Below, in pieces: positions 1-13,570 of a stretch of DNA of 64,000 nucleotides. A program made the translations under genes and the position numbers. Every line of letters starts with the position of its first letter. Positions within the stretch are counted from its first letter, which is position 1. The stretch comes from the human T2T-CHM13v2.0 reference genome, Homo sapiens. A model generated the notes under the pieces. The model did no database searches. It saw only the letters and a list, made by a program, of their open reading frames with translations, and was not told the DNA's origin. Location of the stretch: assembly GCF_009914755.1 (NCBI RefSeq), contig NC_060926.1, one strand, 5' to 3'.

Positions 1-89
1 TTACATTAATGTAATTTTGTTTACAGATTTAACAAGTAAAAAAATACATTTTATTTTTATTTACATTTTTATTTTTTAAATTACCAATA

Positions 90-335
90 TAGTCAAACTT
101 TTAATATATGTAACTATGTGTATTCTTCCTTTTGTAAGTTATTTTTCTGCAAGCCTCACAGTTTTTCTACTGGTAAGAGAGGTTTTCATATATTTGGAAC
201 AGGATCCCCTATACTTGTTATATATCCTACAAATTCTCTTTTCACACTTCATGTTTTATAGTATGTAAGATGTTATACAAAATCTATAATGTTAGATAGT
301 TTTCACTCTTTTTTGGTTTGCGCCTTTGTATGCAG
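90..335 (-). mobile_element. Highly decayed ancient L1 (L1ME-like) fragment
   Basis: Loose match to antisense L1 ORF2 3' region (ttcatatatttggaacaggatcccctatacttgttatatatcctacaaat); boundaries approximate. Confidence 0.4.
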
Positions 336-1479
336 AATAAAACCTATGAGACCAGTTAAAGAACCATGAGAGCAGTTAAAAATGTGACATAGAACACTTT
401 TCCTAACATAGTACGTCAGAAAAGAAGATTTTAAAAGAGTGTATCTGATATAAAATCAATTTTAATGCATAGGGAGAAAAAGACTAAAAACCCAAAGTGT
501 TGATTATCATTGCTTTGTTATGGTCTAACAGATTTTTACTAACTTGTGTGTTTCCTAGATTTTCTCTTATCAATTTTTGTTACTTATCAGAAAGTAATCA
601 TTTTAAAAAGTGATACCATCTTCCCCAGGTGTTTTGGGGATGGTAATCATTTGTATGTTAATAAAAGCTCTGTCAACACTGTAGTTTTCAACGATTATGC
701 TCTTAGCTTGAATAAACTTCCCAAGTTTCATGACATTCTGTTAGGGTAACTGAATCAATATTCACGTCCAACTGTGTAATATGAAAAATTAGCATTATTT
801 TCCATGTTACTTCAACTATGTTTACATATTTGTGACTAAAACACTTCAGCTGTAATTCAATTCTACCCACATTATAGGCATATTTAGTAACCTTGTGTCC
901 ATTTGAGCCATAATGCTTTAAGTCAATTAAGCATTCATGAGATCTGGAATAAGCGGAATATATACAATCTAGCCAGGCTGCTGCTGTTTTATACTATTGC
1001 TATCATGCTGTTCTCTCCTGGGTGATTATTATCTCATTAACTTTTAAGCCAGTTTGGAAATAATTTAGTCAAAATTTAGCCTTAATTAACATTATTGAGG
1101 GTCACTGCAACATTGGGAGCCAGTCTTATTTAAATTTTAGCTTTTAGAACTTTACCATAATAAGTAGGGAATCATCTATTTTTTAGGAAAAGAATATGAC
1201 ATTATTATACAATTATAATTAAGATGGATATAAATGAACTCCTGAATTCTTTATGTCATTCACTGCAAGCCACCACTTACTTGACACAATGGCCCAATTT
1301 TTTTATTAATTAAACAATGTGCTTGCTAACAGGATGGGAGACAGTTTTCATCATGATATTTCTAGGATGGCTGATGAGCAGTCACTGCTCTGATTTAGGA
1401 CCCAGGGTTAGTCATATCAGTTTGCTAGGGTTAGAAGATGTGAGTGACTTTCCGATTACTATGGGTCAGTGGACACAGG

Positions 1480-1730
1480 AAGACTGAAAACAGGACTGAA
1501 GGTGAAAGGATGTCAGGAGTCTCATTTCAACAGGAATCAGCAATAGAGCAGTGCTAACATGAATGGCACAAGTTTAGACAGACAAAAATGGCTTTATAGA
1601 TATTTAAAAATAATTATATTGGTATATAGTAAGGAGAAAGTATGAATTGGAAATAGTTTCAAAGGACAAAAAGGTCTGTAGTAGTTCAACTACACTGCAG
1701 TAATTCAAGACACTGTGATACAAACGCAGC
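1480..1730 (+). mobile_element. L3/CR1 LINE relic
   Basis: Degenerate similarity to CR1/L3 RT 3' region (gtttagacagacaaaaatgg...gaaatagtttcaaaggacaaaaaggtct...cactgtgata). Confidence 0.4.
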
Positions 1731-2247
1731 GAGGAGAAGATGGGGAATCTGCTTCATTGTGATTCACTTGCTCTGAGTCTGTGAGTTATTTTACCTGTTT
1801 ATTAGTTATATATTCTGAACTTTTTTTTTTAAAAAAAAACATACTTTAATAAAGGAAGAGCTGAAACTGGATAAACTCTTGCTATCTCCTCCAGGTTGGT
1901 TTAATCCTAAAATAGCAATGATCAGAGACTTGCACTCATACAACAGTATACGGTAATCTTGCTTACTGGGAAATTTTAAATAGTGTATGTGTGAATGTAG
2001 AAAATGTTAACAATGGTCCCCATGATCCCCTTTCCCTAGGCAGTGTGATCATAGATGCCTTTCATTTCTTCCTTGCACATTTCTACATTGCCTTCTCTTT
2101 TGTTAAAATCAGGAGAAAAATGATTTTTTTTTTCAAAAGAGGGAAAAATATGAGAAAGCTCAGTAGTAGAATTGTCTGGGACATTAGTGGGATGGAATAA
2201 AAGCTTAGACAAGTGATTTTTATTTTTAACGAGATATAGGCTCTGAA

Positions 2248-2436
2248 GCACTGGTGTTCATTCTTGGCTGTGCTCTATAATCACTTGAAGGAGATTAAAA
2301 GAAATATCCTTTCTTTGGTCCCACTCCCTGGGATTGCAATTTAATTTGTTTGGTATATGGCCCAAACATTTGTCTCCTTAAAAATAAAAAAGCTCTCCAA
2401 TTTATTCTAATGTGTAGCCAAAACTGAACAACACTT
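2248..2436. mobile_element. MER5-family hAT-Charlie MITE
   Basis: MER5A1/B-like motifs cttggctgtgctctataatcacttg and ttctaatgtgtagccaaaactgaacaacact. Confidence 0.65.
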
Positions 2437-3402
2437 CTCTGAAAGAGAGCTAAGAATTATTATTGTCTATTCGAGACATGATGCCTTTGGTTAAAGAGCT
2501 AGAACAATTTTCTAGGGATAAAAGTAACATTTTAGAAAATAAAGCATCTGAGAATTATACAATCCCCACAGACCAAAGGAAAAAAAAGAAAACTTTTATT
2601 ATGTGCTGAGACACCGAGTATTAGAAGTCCCATATTTGAGAAAAGGGAAGTATGACATCAGAAACATGAGTCTTTCTATTGAAAGGGAATCTTGTACAAT
2701 TAAAGGAATAGGTAAAATGCATGTCACTTGGACCTAGATGAATTTTATTTATTCAGACACTGAATTATGATTTCCTTCTCCTCTGTGCTAGTTAGTGAAA
2801 CAAAACTTATCCAATAAGCTTTTTAAAAAGAAAGAAAAGTTTTTACTACCTAACTAAGGCAAAACAAGTGTCAAGCAAGATTAAATTGGACTCTTCTGTG
2901 TGCCTGTCTCAGGAGTGACAGTTTTCCCTGTTAAGGTTTGCTGCCCTTCAGGGTAAAGTAATGCAACTCTCTTGCTATCAGACTTAGTATAAGATCCTGT
3001 CTTTACCCATCTGAAACTACATTTTAATATTGGAACGTATATCAAACTTTGTAAAATATGTCTTACATAATTGAAAACAATCATAAGATTCAATTAGTGC
3101 AGAAAACTACAGTTTATAAATTTAGCTTATAGCTAATCACTTTAGAGATCACTAAAGTTCAAATGTACTTTTATTTATTCTTTTCTTGTCATTAACTAGA
3201 TTCCTATACCTCACATGCTCTAAAAAGCTCAGGCTAACAATCAGCATTTAATAAAGCAGTGTTTATCTCCTTTCTACAGTGGTTTTTATGAAATTACTTC
3301 TAATTGTTTGTAAACCTAAATTTCAAATGGAGCTGTATTTATCCTTAATGCCTGTTATACATCAACAACTGTACCTGATTTTCACAAATACCATCTTATC
3401 GT

Positions 3403-4100
3403 CATTCATTTATTTAGCCAATAAATAACTATTCATCACAATCCAGGTATCAGGGACTGTACTAGGGATATAAGCATGTAGTAGAGTTTTGTGAGGCTTA
3501 GAGAAGCAAAGGTGAGACCTGAAAACTGTATAATCAATGCTAGAATCAGATGAAGCCCACAGTGCCAGAGGGCCTATAGGAGGAACACACGGCCCAGTTA
3601 TGAGGAACTCATAAATTTTTCTGAAGGTAACTTGAAAGAGAACTCAGAGTTAATCAAGTGAGTTAGGGAGAAAAGGAAAAAGTAGGGGAGGGGGTACAGA
3701 AGAGGATATCTAAAAGTGTGACTACCATAGGCAGATGCTACATCATGATACACTCACACTTGTAGAAAGAAAGAAAGCATAAGCTTACATCTCAAAGCAA
3801 ATTGTTTAATACAATGAGAGTATGAATTATTAGTGGAGACAGAAACAGAGGGAGTCAGATTTGAAGAATCCTATCTAGCTCCAAGAAATTCAGGCTTTAG
3901 CCTTAGTGAAATAAGGAAACACTGGAAGATTTTAAGTAACAGAGGTACATGATCAGATATTCATTTTAGAGAGATTACACTGGCCGCAGGGTAGAGAATG
4001 AATTAGAGGAGAGCATGATTAATTTATGTAGACCAGGTACGAAGCTGTAGTTTCCATCCAGGTGAAATATGGTAATAATGGCCAGTACTAAAGTAGTAGC
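3403..4100 (-). mobile_element. L2 LINE 3' portion
   Basis: Antisense L2 tail cattcatttatttagcc...gggactgtactagggatat, then typical purine-rich body (catgatcagatattcattttagagagattacactggc). Confidence 0.75.
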
Positions 4101-4104
4101 AGCT

Positions 4105-4262
4105 TTATTTCTCACTCATACTTTCTAATATAGGAATTACCATCCCTTTTGGCAGATAAAAATGTGAGGCTCAAAATGTTTTATTAATTTACAAATATCA
4201 CAGCTAATAGGTACCAGAGCTGAAACTTGATACCAGAACATTCTGATAGCAAAGCCCAACTT
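4105..4262 (-). mobile_element. MIR SINE
   Basis: Antisense core ccctttt-gcagataaaaatgtgaggctca...cacagctaatag. Confidence 0.65.
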
Positions 4263-5122
4263 TGATAAATACAAGAGAATTGATAATAAAAGTGGTTGCA
4301 AATAAGCATCATATTTTTCTAACATTGTAATTCATTTTTATTCACTCAAAATATTTCATAAACATTTATTGGACATTCACCATTCACAATTCTGTATGCC
4401 AGTAATTTGGGGAAATAAAAATGAATTAAAGCCTTGTTCTTAAGTGCTCGGTAAATAATTCTACAGCCTTTTTGCCATAGGGACTGCCTTGTAGGTTGCC
4501 TAATTGTGAGTTACTTCCATAAGATAACAGATGCTTCCTGTTTAGCAGGTAACAAAGGTTTTACTTAGAAGCTCTGCGTAGTCTAGTTATTAAAGCAGTG
4601 TTTTACACATATTTTTGTGCCAGGTGTTCTACATTACTAAATAGACATGCTCCATATGCTCCGAGGTTATTCCAGATTGTACAAATCCTAAAATGCTACA
4701 GTTAAATAATTTATAGATAGGATGACTACTGAATTTGGGATAAAATTTAAAGAAATTATATTTTGTAATATAGAGACTAACATCCAATAATAACAGCATA
4801 TCAAAGTATAAAGTTATTAAATCCTTTATTGATACATAAATACAATGTAGTGAGAAGATCAATCAACTACCTAAAGTTTTCAATACATGTGTTTTCCCTT
4901 GGAAAATATACTTTTTCCTCATGGTTTTTATAATTTCCCTCTACATTCATTTCCAGTATACAGCCTCATTTTTCATCTTTGAGTAAGCAGACCTTCTGCT
5001 TTCAACATTACCCAACCTTCTATTTACTCTGTCAATTTGTCATTTTCCTGACTGTAAGCCTACATGTGGAAGACTAACTTAAAGGAATTTATATAATAGT
5101 CATTTATTCTCTTAGAAGTAAT

Positions 5123-5584
5123 TGTTATAAGTTGAATTTTGTCCCCGAAAAAATTCACGTATTGAGGTCCTGATCTCTGGTACCTCAGAATGTGACTTAC
5201 TTGGAAATAAGGTCACTGCAGATATAATTAGTTAAACTAAGATGTGGTCATGAGGGATGAATATTAATCCAGTATAACTGGTGTCCTTATAAAAAAGAAC
5301 AATTTGGAAACAAACACGTGAACATAGGGAGAATGCCACGTGAAGATGAAAGCAGAGATTGGGGTGATGCTTCCAGAAGACAAGGAGTGACAATGATTGC
5401 CAGCAACTACCAGAAGCAAGGAGACACATCTAGAACAGATTTTACCCCCAGTCCCAGAAGAAATCAGCACTGCTAACACCTGGATTTTAGACTTCTAGCT
5501 TCCAGAGCTGTGAAACAATAAATTTCTGTTGTTGAAGCCATTGTTTGTGGTATTTTGTTATGGCAGACCTAGCAAACTAACACA
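5123..5584 (+). mobile_element. MaLR solo LTR, MLT1C/MLT1B-like
   Basis: TG...CA ends, gtacctcagaatgtgac, ttttagacttctagcttccagagctgtga, aataaatttctgttg, aaactaacaca. Confidence 0.9.
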
Positions 5585-5681
5585 GCAGTGAATTGTAAGT
5601 ACAAGTGTCAGCCATCCTGTTTGCAATTTATTTTACTTGCTGACTACCCTAGACAGTAAATCTCAGATTAGTTTAACTAGT

Positions 5682-6071
5682 TTCTGTGGTTTGAATGTGT
5701 CCTCCAAAAGTTCATGTGTTAGAAACTTAATTCCCAATGCAACAGTGTTGTGAGGTAAAGGCTAATAAGAGGTGATTAGGTCATGAGGGTGGAGCCCTCA
5801 TGGACAGACTAATGCCATTATCACAGGCGCACATTAATTATCTCAACAGTAGATTATCAAAAAAATTAATCCTTCCCCTGATGCCTTTCTCTCAGTCTTA
5901 TACACTTGCCCTTTTGCCATATTATATCTTAGCATGAAGGCCTTCACCAGATGCCAGTGCCATACTCTTGATCTTCCCAGCCTCTAGAACAATGAACTGA
6001 ACAAATCTCTTATTTATGAAATTACCCAGTCTGTATTATTCTGTTACAGCAATAAAAAATGGACTAAGACA
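5682..6071 (+). mobile_element. MaLR solo LTR, MSTC/MSTD-like
   Basis: tggtttgaatgtgtcc...ttcatgtgttagaaacttaattcccaatgcaacagtg start; ggactaagaca end. Confidence 0.88.
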
Positions 6072-6130
6072 CGTTCCATTTAATAATAATGTTAACAGGA
6101 TACCTATGAAAACCAAAAGTAAATATCAAT

Positions 6131-6960
6131 GTATATTAAAGACTGTTTTATAGAATATTAATTGCATATTACAAAAATTAGGTGAAAAAATCTTTGGACA
6201 GCAATTCATTTTGGGTATATTAAAGACTGTCATAGAGAATATTATTTCCATAAGATATTACAAAAATTAGGTAAACAAATCTTTGGGCAGCAATTCACTT
6301 GGTGTATATCAAAGACTGTTTTTGTTTTGAGATGGGGTCTTGCTCCATTGCCCAGCCTGGAATGCAGTGGCATGATCTCAGGTCATTGCAACCTCTGCCT
6401 CCCGGGGGTTCAAGTGATTCTCCTGCCTCAGCCTCTTGAGTAACTGGGATTACAGCCGTGTACCACCAGGCCTAGCTAATTTTTGTATTTTTAGTAGAGA
6501 TGAGGTTTTGCCATGTTAGCCAGGCTAGTCTCGAACTCCTGACCTCAAGTGATCCACCTGCCTCGGCCCCCCAACATGCTGGGATTACAGGCATGAACCA
6601 CTGTGCCTGGCCCAAATACTGTCTTATAGAAAAATAATTCTATTCCCCAAATGAATAGCTGTCCAAAGATTTTTTTCATCTAATTTTTGTAATATTTTAT
6701 AAGATATTCTATAAGAGTCTAGAAGACAGCATTTAATATACACCAAATGAATTGCTGTCCAAAGATTTTTTCATCTAAATTTGGTAATATTCTATAAGAA
6801 TTTATAATATTCTATAAGATATTATAAAACTTAGATGAAAAAATCCTTGGACAGTAATTCATTTGGTCTACATTAAAGACTATCTTATAGAATACTAATT
6901 TCATAAGATATTACAGAAATTAGGTGAAAAAAATTTTAGGACAGCAATTCATTTGGGGAG
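6131..6960. repeat. Local ~85-90 bp unit array with direct and inverted copies (interrupted by an Alu)
   Basis: Unit gtatattaaagactg...attacaaaaattaggtgaaaaaatctttggacagcaattcattt: forward at 6131, 6215, 6304 (partial); two inverted copies ~6644-6798; about two forward copies to 6960. Confidence 0.9.
6321..6612 (-). mobile_element. AluS (AluSz/Sx-like)
   Basis: Full dimer; degenerate TSD caaa[g/t]actgt at 6310 and 6613. Confidence 0.95.
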
Positions 6961-7419
6961 TCATTGAGTTAAACAAAAATAAATTTATCTGCTGCAAGAC
7001 TTTTCAGAGTGCTTCACATGCAAAAATATGTTGTGAATCAACTAGAAAAGAATACCTCATAAGAATAAAAAGGATATTCTAATGCAAATACATTGACATA
7101 GCTGTTTTGATACAATCATTTTAAAGCTATGTTTAAATGACACAATAAAAATGAAAAGTCATTATGTGTCCAGTAGATATCTCACACATTTCCTTCATAA
7201 CTAAGTGTACCCAAATTATGGGAAACTTTCACTTTTTGCTTCATTTCTGTATCATTTGGAGTTAGTATGAATTTGCATTACTTTGTAAGCAAGAAAAAAT
7301 ATTTTAAAATTTCCACACTGGTATGTTTGTTGTATCCTTCAAGACCATCAATACTTCAATATAAAAGAGCTCTATGTTATGAAATACATGTGTGTGTATG
7401 TAGGTAGGTATGTATGTTT

Positions 7420-8560
7420 ATCCTAATAAAAACACTCAACATCCAAGAATAAAAGGAATTTTCTCAATCTGATTTTTTAAAAAAGCATCCACAAAAAGAT
7501 TATGCCTAATATCACACTTCAGAGAGAAATATTGAATGTTTCCCTTTAAAACTGAGACAAGATTGCTCCCCCCAAGTTCAAATTTGCTCCCACCATGTCC
7601 ATTCAGCATTATACTAAAAGCCACAGTTAGTGCAATATGGCAAGAAGAAAAATGGAAAAGGAAAATTAAAATTGTCTTAACTCATCAGAGATATGATAAA
7701 CTATGCAGAAAATTACTGGAACTAATAAAGTTAGAAAGTCTGCGAGATACAAAGTTCAACATTTTAAAATCCACTATAGTTGTATATATTAGCAATAAAC
7801 ATTTGTAAATTGAAATTTAAAAAAATTTTTGCAAAACCCAAAAAATTATTTAAGAACAAATTTAATAAACTACAAGAGCTTTTTACTGAAATCTATAAAG
7901 CACTGCTGAGAAACATTAAAGGCCTTAATAAATGGAGGGTCAAGGATTAAAAGACAATATTGCTATGATAAAAGTTCTGGTCAAATTGATGTAAAGATTC
8001 AATACCATCTCAATCAAAATTTCAATAAGCATTTTTGTAAAAAATTGATATTAGTGTCAAATATGGAAATACGAAGGGCTTAGAGCTGCCAAACTATTTT
8101 TTTTTTAAAAAGAACAAAGTAGGAATGGGCATACTTTCTAATTTCAAGACTTTTTCTAAGGTTAGAGTAATCAATAAAGTCTTCTATTCACATAAGGGTT
8201 AGACTTATAGATATCAGAAAATAAGAGGAACTAGACCCACTAACATAAAAGTTTAGTTGATATTTCACAAAGTGCAAAAGCGTTTCCATGGGGGAAGAAT
8301 AGTCGGATAAATAAATGGTTCTGGAACAACCAGATTTCCATAAAAAAGAAAATTAGTCTCAAAACTGCCTTATTTCATATAAAAATGTTAAATCAAAATG
8401 GATCATAGAATTAAATACAAAAGTCAAAACTGTTAATTGCATAGAAAAAAAAAAGACATAGCTGAATATCTTCATAAGTTGGAATAGAAAAAAATTCCTG
8501 GGAACCATGAAAGAAAAAATGATTAATAGGACTTCATTGAAAGAAAAAACTTTGCTTTAA
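7420..8560 (+). mobile_element. Ancient L1M ORF2 remnant
   Basis: ORF 7536-7808 resembles decayed L1 RT (MFPFKTETR ~ [10 protein letters not shown]; KLLELIK); continues through ORF2 3' motifs. Confidence 0.8.
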
Positions 8561-9040
8561 CAGAAAAATTGTCATTATTTGAACTGTCTAGTCATTTCCT
8601 AAGGTGCTGCGTATAGTTGGGGCAAACTATATGCTAACCAAAAAGCTTAAAAGAAAAAGCTGAGGAAAGAGATGTCTGCATGGGGGCTTCTAGAGTCCCA
8701 GACATATACCTGGAACTCCAGAAGGACATACACATGTGTAGGGCTGTGTACATATTCAGGACTATTTGCATGCTCAGAAAACATCTCAGCAAGCCCTATG
8801 CTCCCACCACTCATGGCAGATCTGGAGGCTCTGTGGAATCACAAAGCAAAGGCTAAGGCAGAGTCGAACACTACCTGACTGTTAAAAATGTGCTCATACA
8901 CATACAGAGCGCCTCTCAGTAAAGACAGAAGTTTTGGATTTACCCTTGTATTTAAGGAATCATCTGTTCAATCATTAGTTGACCACCAAGCTAACCAAGC
9001 AGAGACCTCAACGGCCACGTTAGAAATGCAGACTTTATTA
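8560..9040 (+). mobile_element. L1M (L1M4/L1MC-type) 5' region fragment
   Basis: gggctgtgtacatattcagg, ggctaaggcagagt, ccaagctaaccaagcagagac resemble L1M4 5'-end consensus. Confidence 0.55.
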
Positions 9041-9337
9041 CGAAAACATTATGCTAAGTGAAATAAATCAGACACAAAATGCCACATAATATATGATTCC
9101 ATTTATGTGAAATGTCCAGAGTTGATAAATTCAAGTGACAGAGGATTAGTGGTTACCAGGGCAGAAGGTTGGGGGAATGGGCAGTTACTGCTAATGGGTA
9201 TAGGGTTTCATTTGGAGTGAAGAAAGTGCTCTGGAATTAGTGGTGGTGGTTGTGCAATCTTGTGAATATACTAAAACCCACTCAGTTGTACATTTGGAAA
9301 GAGTGAATTTTATAGTATGTGAATTATATATTTAAAA
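9041..9337 (+). mobile_element. L1MB 3' end (L1MB7/8-like)
   Basis: aaacattatgctaagtgaaataa...gattccatttatgtgaaatgtccaga...ctgctaatgggtatagggtttc. Confidence 0.8.
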
Positions 9338-9369
9338 TGCTATCCATATTAAATACATACATATATGCC

Positions 9370-9740
9370 TAAAATGAAGATAAAATAAGGATGATTTTAG
9401 GAAAACAAAACCTGGGTGAATTTGAATTTTTCACTAGCAGACTTGTTCTGCAAGACGTACTAAAGAGTTCTTTAGGCTAAAGGTAAATCCTCACAGGTAG
9501 AAATAGGCAACTACTAGAAAAGGATGCAAAGAATGCCAAGGATGGCTATGTGAGTAAAATAAAAATGAATATTTACTGTTTAAAACAAAAAGTAATGTCT
9601 CTTGGGGTTTGTAACATACAAATTACATGAAAACATTAGGACAAATTATAGAAGGAAAATGGATTTAAACTCTTGTAAAGTTTAAATCCATTTAAACTTT
9701 TACAAGTTTGCATCATTTGAGCTGTGCTAAGTATTGATAT
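9370..9740 (+). mobile_element. L1M ORF1-end/inter-ORF fragment
   Basis: aaaatgaagataaaataag...cactagcagacttg...ctaaagagttctttaggctaaagg. Confidence 0.55.
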
Positions 9741-10106
9741 AAAGACTGACACTCCTACATGCAGGTGACTAGGGAGAACAAGTAAGTCTTTGACATTGTT
9801 GGTGGGGTTGGAAATTACTTTGAAAACTATTTGCCGTATCTACTAAAGCTAAATAGCATTTCCACTCCTGTAATTGCCTGACAGCTTCTTCCTGCCTGCT
9901 ACACAAAGAAAATTAATTCATAGAGATCATAGCATTGCAGTAAAGAGTTTAATTGACCAGAGGCAGGCCACATTGTATGGGAGATGGAGTCATTATGCAA
10001 ATCAGTTTCAAAGGCCTGAAGGTTAGGGGTTTTTCGATGACAGTTTGATGGGCAGAGGGCTAGGGTATGGGAAGCGCTGATTGGTTGAGTCAGAGATGAA
10101 ATCATA

Positions 10107-10227
10107 CTGCTTAGGTGATGGTTGCACCAAAATCTCACCAATACCACTAAAGAACTTACTCATGTAACCAAACACCAACTGTTCCCCAATAACCTATGGA
10201 AGTAAAAAATTACCAAAAAAAATAAAA
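10107..10227 (+). mobile_element. L1PB1-like extreme 3' fragment
   Basis: ggtgatggttgcaccaaaatctcac...ccactaaagaacttactcatgtaacc plus A tail; TSD gaaatcata at 10098-10106 and 10228-10236. Confidence 0.88.
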
Positions 10228-10471
10228 GAAATCATAGAGAATCAAAGCTGTCCTGTTGCTTGAGTCACTTCTGGTTGGGTCCACAGGAGTGGTGGATGGG
10301 TACAGGTAAAGCCATTGGTCATCAGACATGCAAAAAACCTCAAAAGATATCTCAAAAGGTCAATCTTTGGTGTTACAATAGTGACATTATCTGCAAGATT
10401 AATTGAGGAAGTTGCATATCTTGTGACCTGTGGAATAATGGCTGGCAATCCTTTATGTCTACACCTAAGCA

Positions 10472-11003
10472 CAGGTGTCCCCAAACCCCTGGGCCACAGA
10501 CTAGTACCATTCCACAGGCTGTTAAAAACTGGGCCTCACAGCAGGAGTTGAGCACAGGCAAGCAAGTGAAGCTTCATTTGTATTTACAGTGGCTCCCCAT
10601 CATTGCATTACTGCCTGAGCTCTGCCTCCTGTCAGATCAGCAGCAGCATTAGATTCTCATAGAAGCATGAATCCTATTGTGAACTGCACATGTGAAGGAT
10701 CTAGGTTGCCTGTTCCTTACGAGAATCTAATGCCTGATGATCTGTTACTGTCTCCTATCACCCCTGGATGGGATCATTTAGTTGCAGGAAAACAAGCTCA
10801 AGGCTCACACTGATTCTACATTATGGTGAGTTGTATAATTACTTCATTATATATTACAATGTAATAATAATAGAAAGTGTACAATAAATGTAATACCCTT
10901 CAATCATCCTAAAACTACCCACACCCCCTAACCCCCCCATCTGTGGAAAAACTGTCTTCCACACAAAACAAGTTCCTGGTACCAAAAAGGATGGGGACTG
11001 CTG
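10472..11003. mobile_element. MER1A hAT-Charlie DNA transposon
   Basis: TIRs caggtgtcccca...tggggactgctg, ~530 bp; 8-bp TSD cctaagca/ccttagga. Confidence 0.92.
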
Positions 11004-11464
11004 CCTTAGGAGAATTCAGGCTCCTCTATCCTCCTAGCCTGGTGGTCTCTCATTAGCTTAGCAAAGGTAACTGAGTTTTGGAAAAGGACTAATTGAAGTA
11101 TAAACTAAATGTCTCCCAAAGTTAGTTTGACTTAATCCCAGGAATAAAGGCAGCTTGAAGGGTAAAGGCAAGAAAAGGGTTAGCTAGATCAGATCTCCCC
11201 CACTGCCATAATTTTCGCAAAGGTGGTTTTACTCCTGGGTACCCAACAGAAAGAAACAGTATGTGTACCTAAAGACATGTTCAAGAATGTTCATAGCTTT
11301 ATTCATTATAGCCAAAAATTAGAAACAACTCAAATGCCCATCTATAGTGGAATGGATGAATAAATTGCAGTGTATTTATGCAATGAAATATAACACATTA
11401 ATCAAAAACTACTGCTGCATTCAACAACATGAATTAATCTAACAAAATGTTTGGCCAAAGCTGC

Positions 11465-11550
11465 TGCTGTGGTCTAAATGTTTGTGTGCCCATGAAAATT
11501 CAAATATTGAAACTTAATCCCCAATATCATAGTAGTAGAAGGAGGCAAGC
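11465..11550 (+). mobile_element. MaLR LTR 5' fragment (MST/MLT1A-like)
   Basis: tgctgtggtctaaatgtttgtgt...attgaaacttaatccccaat. Confidence 0.65.
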
Positions 11551-11933
11551 CCTATATCCTCCTGATAATTGTGGTTATTTACTCCTACCAGGATGGTAAA
11601 ATTCATTTCTTTGTTCCTGTTCTCTTGGCCCAAGAAGCCCAAATTTACCATAGAACAGTCAGAGCATAAAAACTGATAAGCCCTTACAGTGTGTTCCCTG
11701 ATAGGGGCATTCCTCCTCAACAAGGCAGAACCTCTGTATCCACAGAAGCAAAAGTCACATGGATAGGAAGCACAGATTCTTCCAGTGGGTCACAGATAAT
11801 GATGGGATGTGGACCACTCTTATCCCCACTCCTTTAGAACCCCTGTATAGTAACTATTGGACACAGCCCTAAAAAATGATCATAAAAAGTGGGCATATAC
11901 GGCATTCTGCAGTTGCATCCTAGAGCATGGCAC

Positions 11934-12980
<1,047 letters not shown>

Positions 12981-13404
12981 GCATCTATATGTGCAGGGTT
13001 TCATCTCAATCTGGCTGCTTGGCTGCAACTTCAAACAGATGTTTCATCATTGTGTCAGGATAGCAGCTTCTAGGTAGTATGATATGTGATAGAACAAATA
13101 CATTCATAATTGAAGTCCCATTGCTGTATCTCTTTTTCTGTAAAGTTCCTTCTGGCTCTATTTATGCCCAGTCCTCTATGCACCACTAGCGAATAGGGCC
13201 TGATAGGGATGAAGTACCTGATCACAGGGCATCAAAGACTGTGTAGCCTGAGTGGCCTACCATGACCTTGGTTCTATTAGACTCACAAATCATGGGGTCA
13301 GTAGGCCCAGCAGTAATCCGTCATATAAAGGAAGTGGGACATAGAGGACTGATGGGGTATGAGAAGGGTCAGAAAGTACAGGCAGGTGGCTCAAACTTCT
13401 ACGT

Positions 13405-13570
13405 CCAGTGATATGTGGGTAATATTTAAAAACTGGCCATCTGGATAAAATAATGCTCTAATTTATTTCTCTGATGTAAATACTCTGACCACAGTTGATT
13501 TGCAGCTCCCAATGCCATTTCCCTGAACAGAGTTGGAAAATGATGTACATATTTGCTCCTACCAGCACCT
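13405..13570. mobile_element. MER63A-like hAT-Blackjack MITE
   Basis: ccagtgatatgtgggtaatatttaaaaactggc...gtaaatactc...ctgaacagagttgg...ccagcacc. Confidence 0.6.

Larger units (their letters stand above)
9869..11231 (-). mobile_element. ERV1 solo LTR, LTR8 family (interrupted by L1PB and MER1A)
   Basis: Reverse complement starts taaaaccacctttgcgaaaattatgg; perfect 4-bp TSD ctcc at 9865-9868 and 11232-11235. Confidence 0.85.

Noticed and set aside
344-383. 20-bp tandem duplication (also 12-bp at ~20702 and ~16-bp at ~63086)
   Set aside because: Ordinary slippage duplications of no evident significance
1403-1433. Two agggttag telomere-like motifs
   Set aside because: Isolated and not tandem; expected by chance
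2881-3010. Possible minus-strand terminal coding exon (tttcag|ATGG...WVKTGSYTK...KSPI*)
   Set aside because: Weak pyrimidine tract, unrecognised peptide, no supported partner exon
4565-4687. Possible minus-strand exon after cattttag
   Set aside because: Stops in all frames, weak donor, and the sequence resembles a MIR/L2 tail (acctggcaca)
6131-6960. CRISPR-like or satellite interpretation of the repeat array
   Set aside because: No unique spacers, units abut, eukaryotic context, no cas genes
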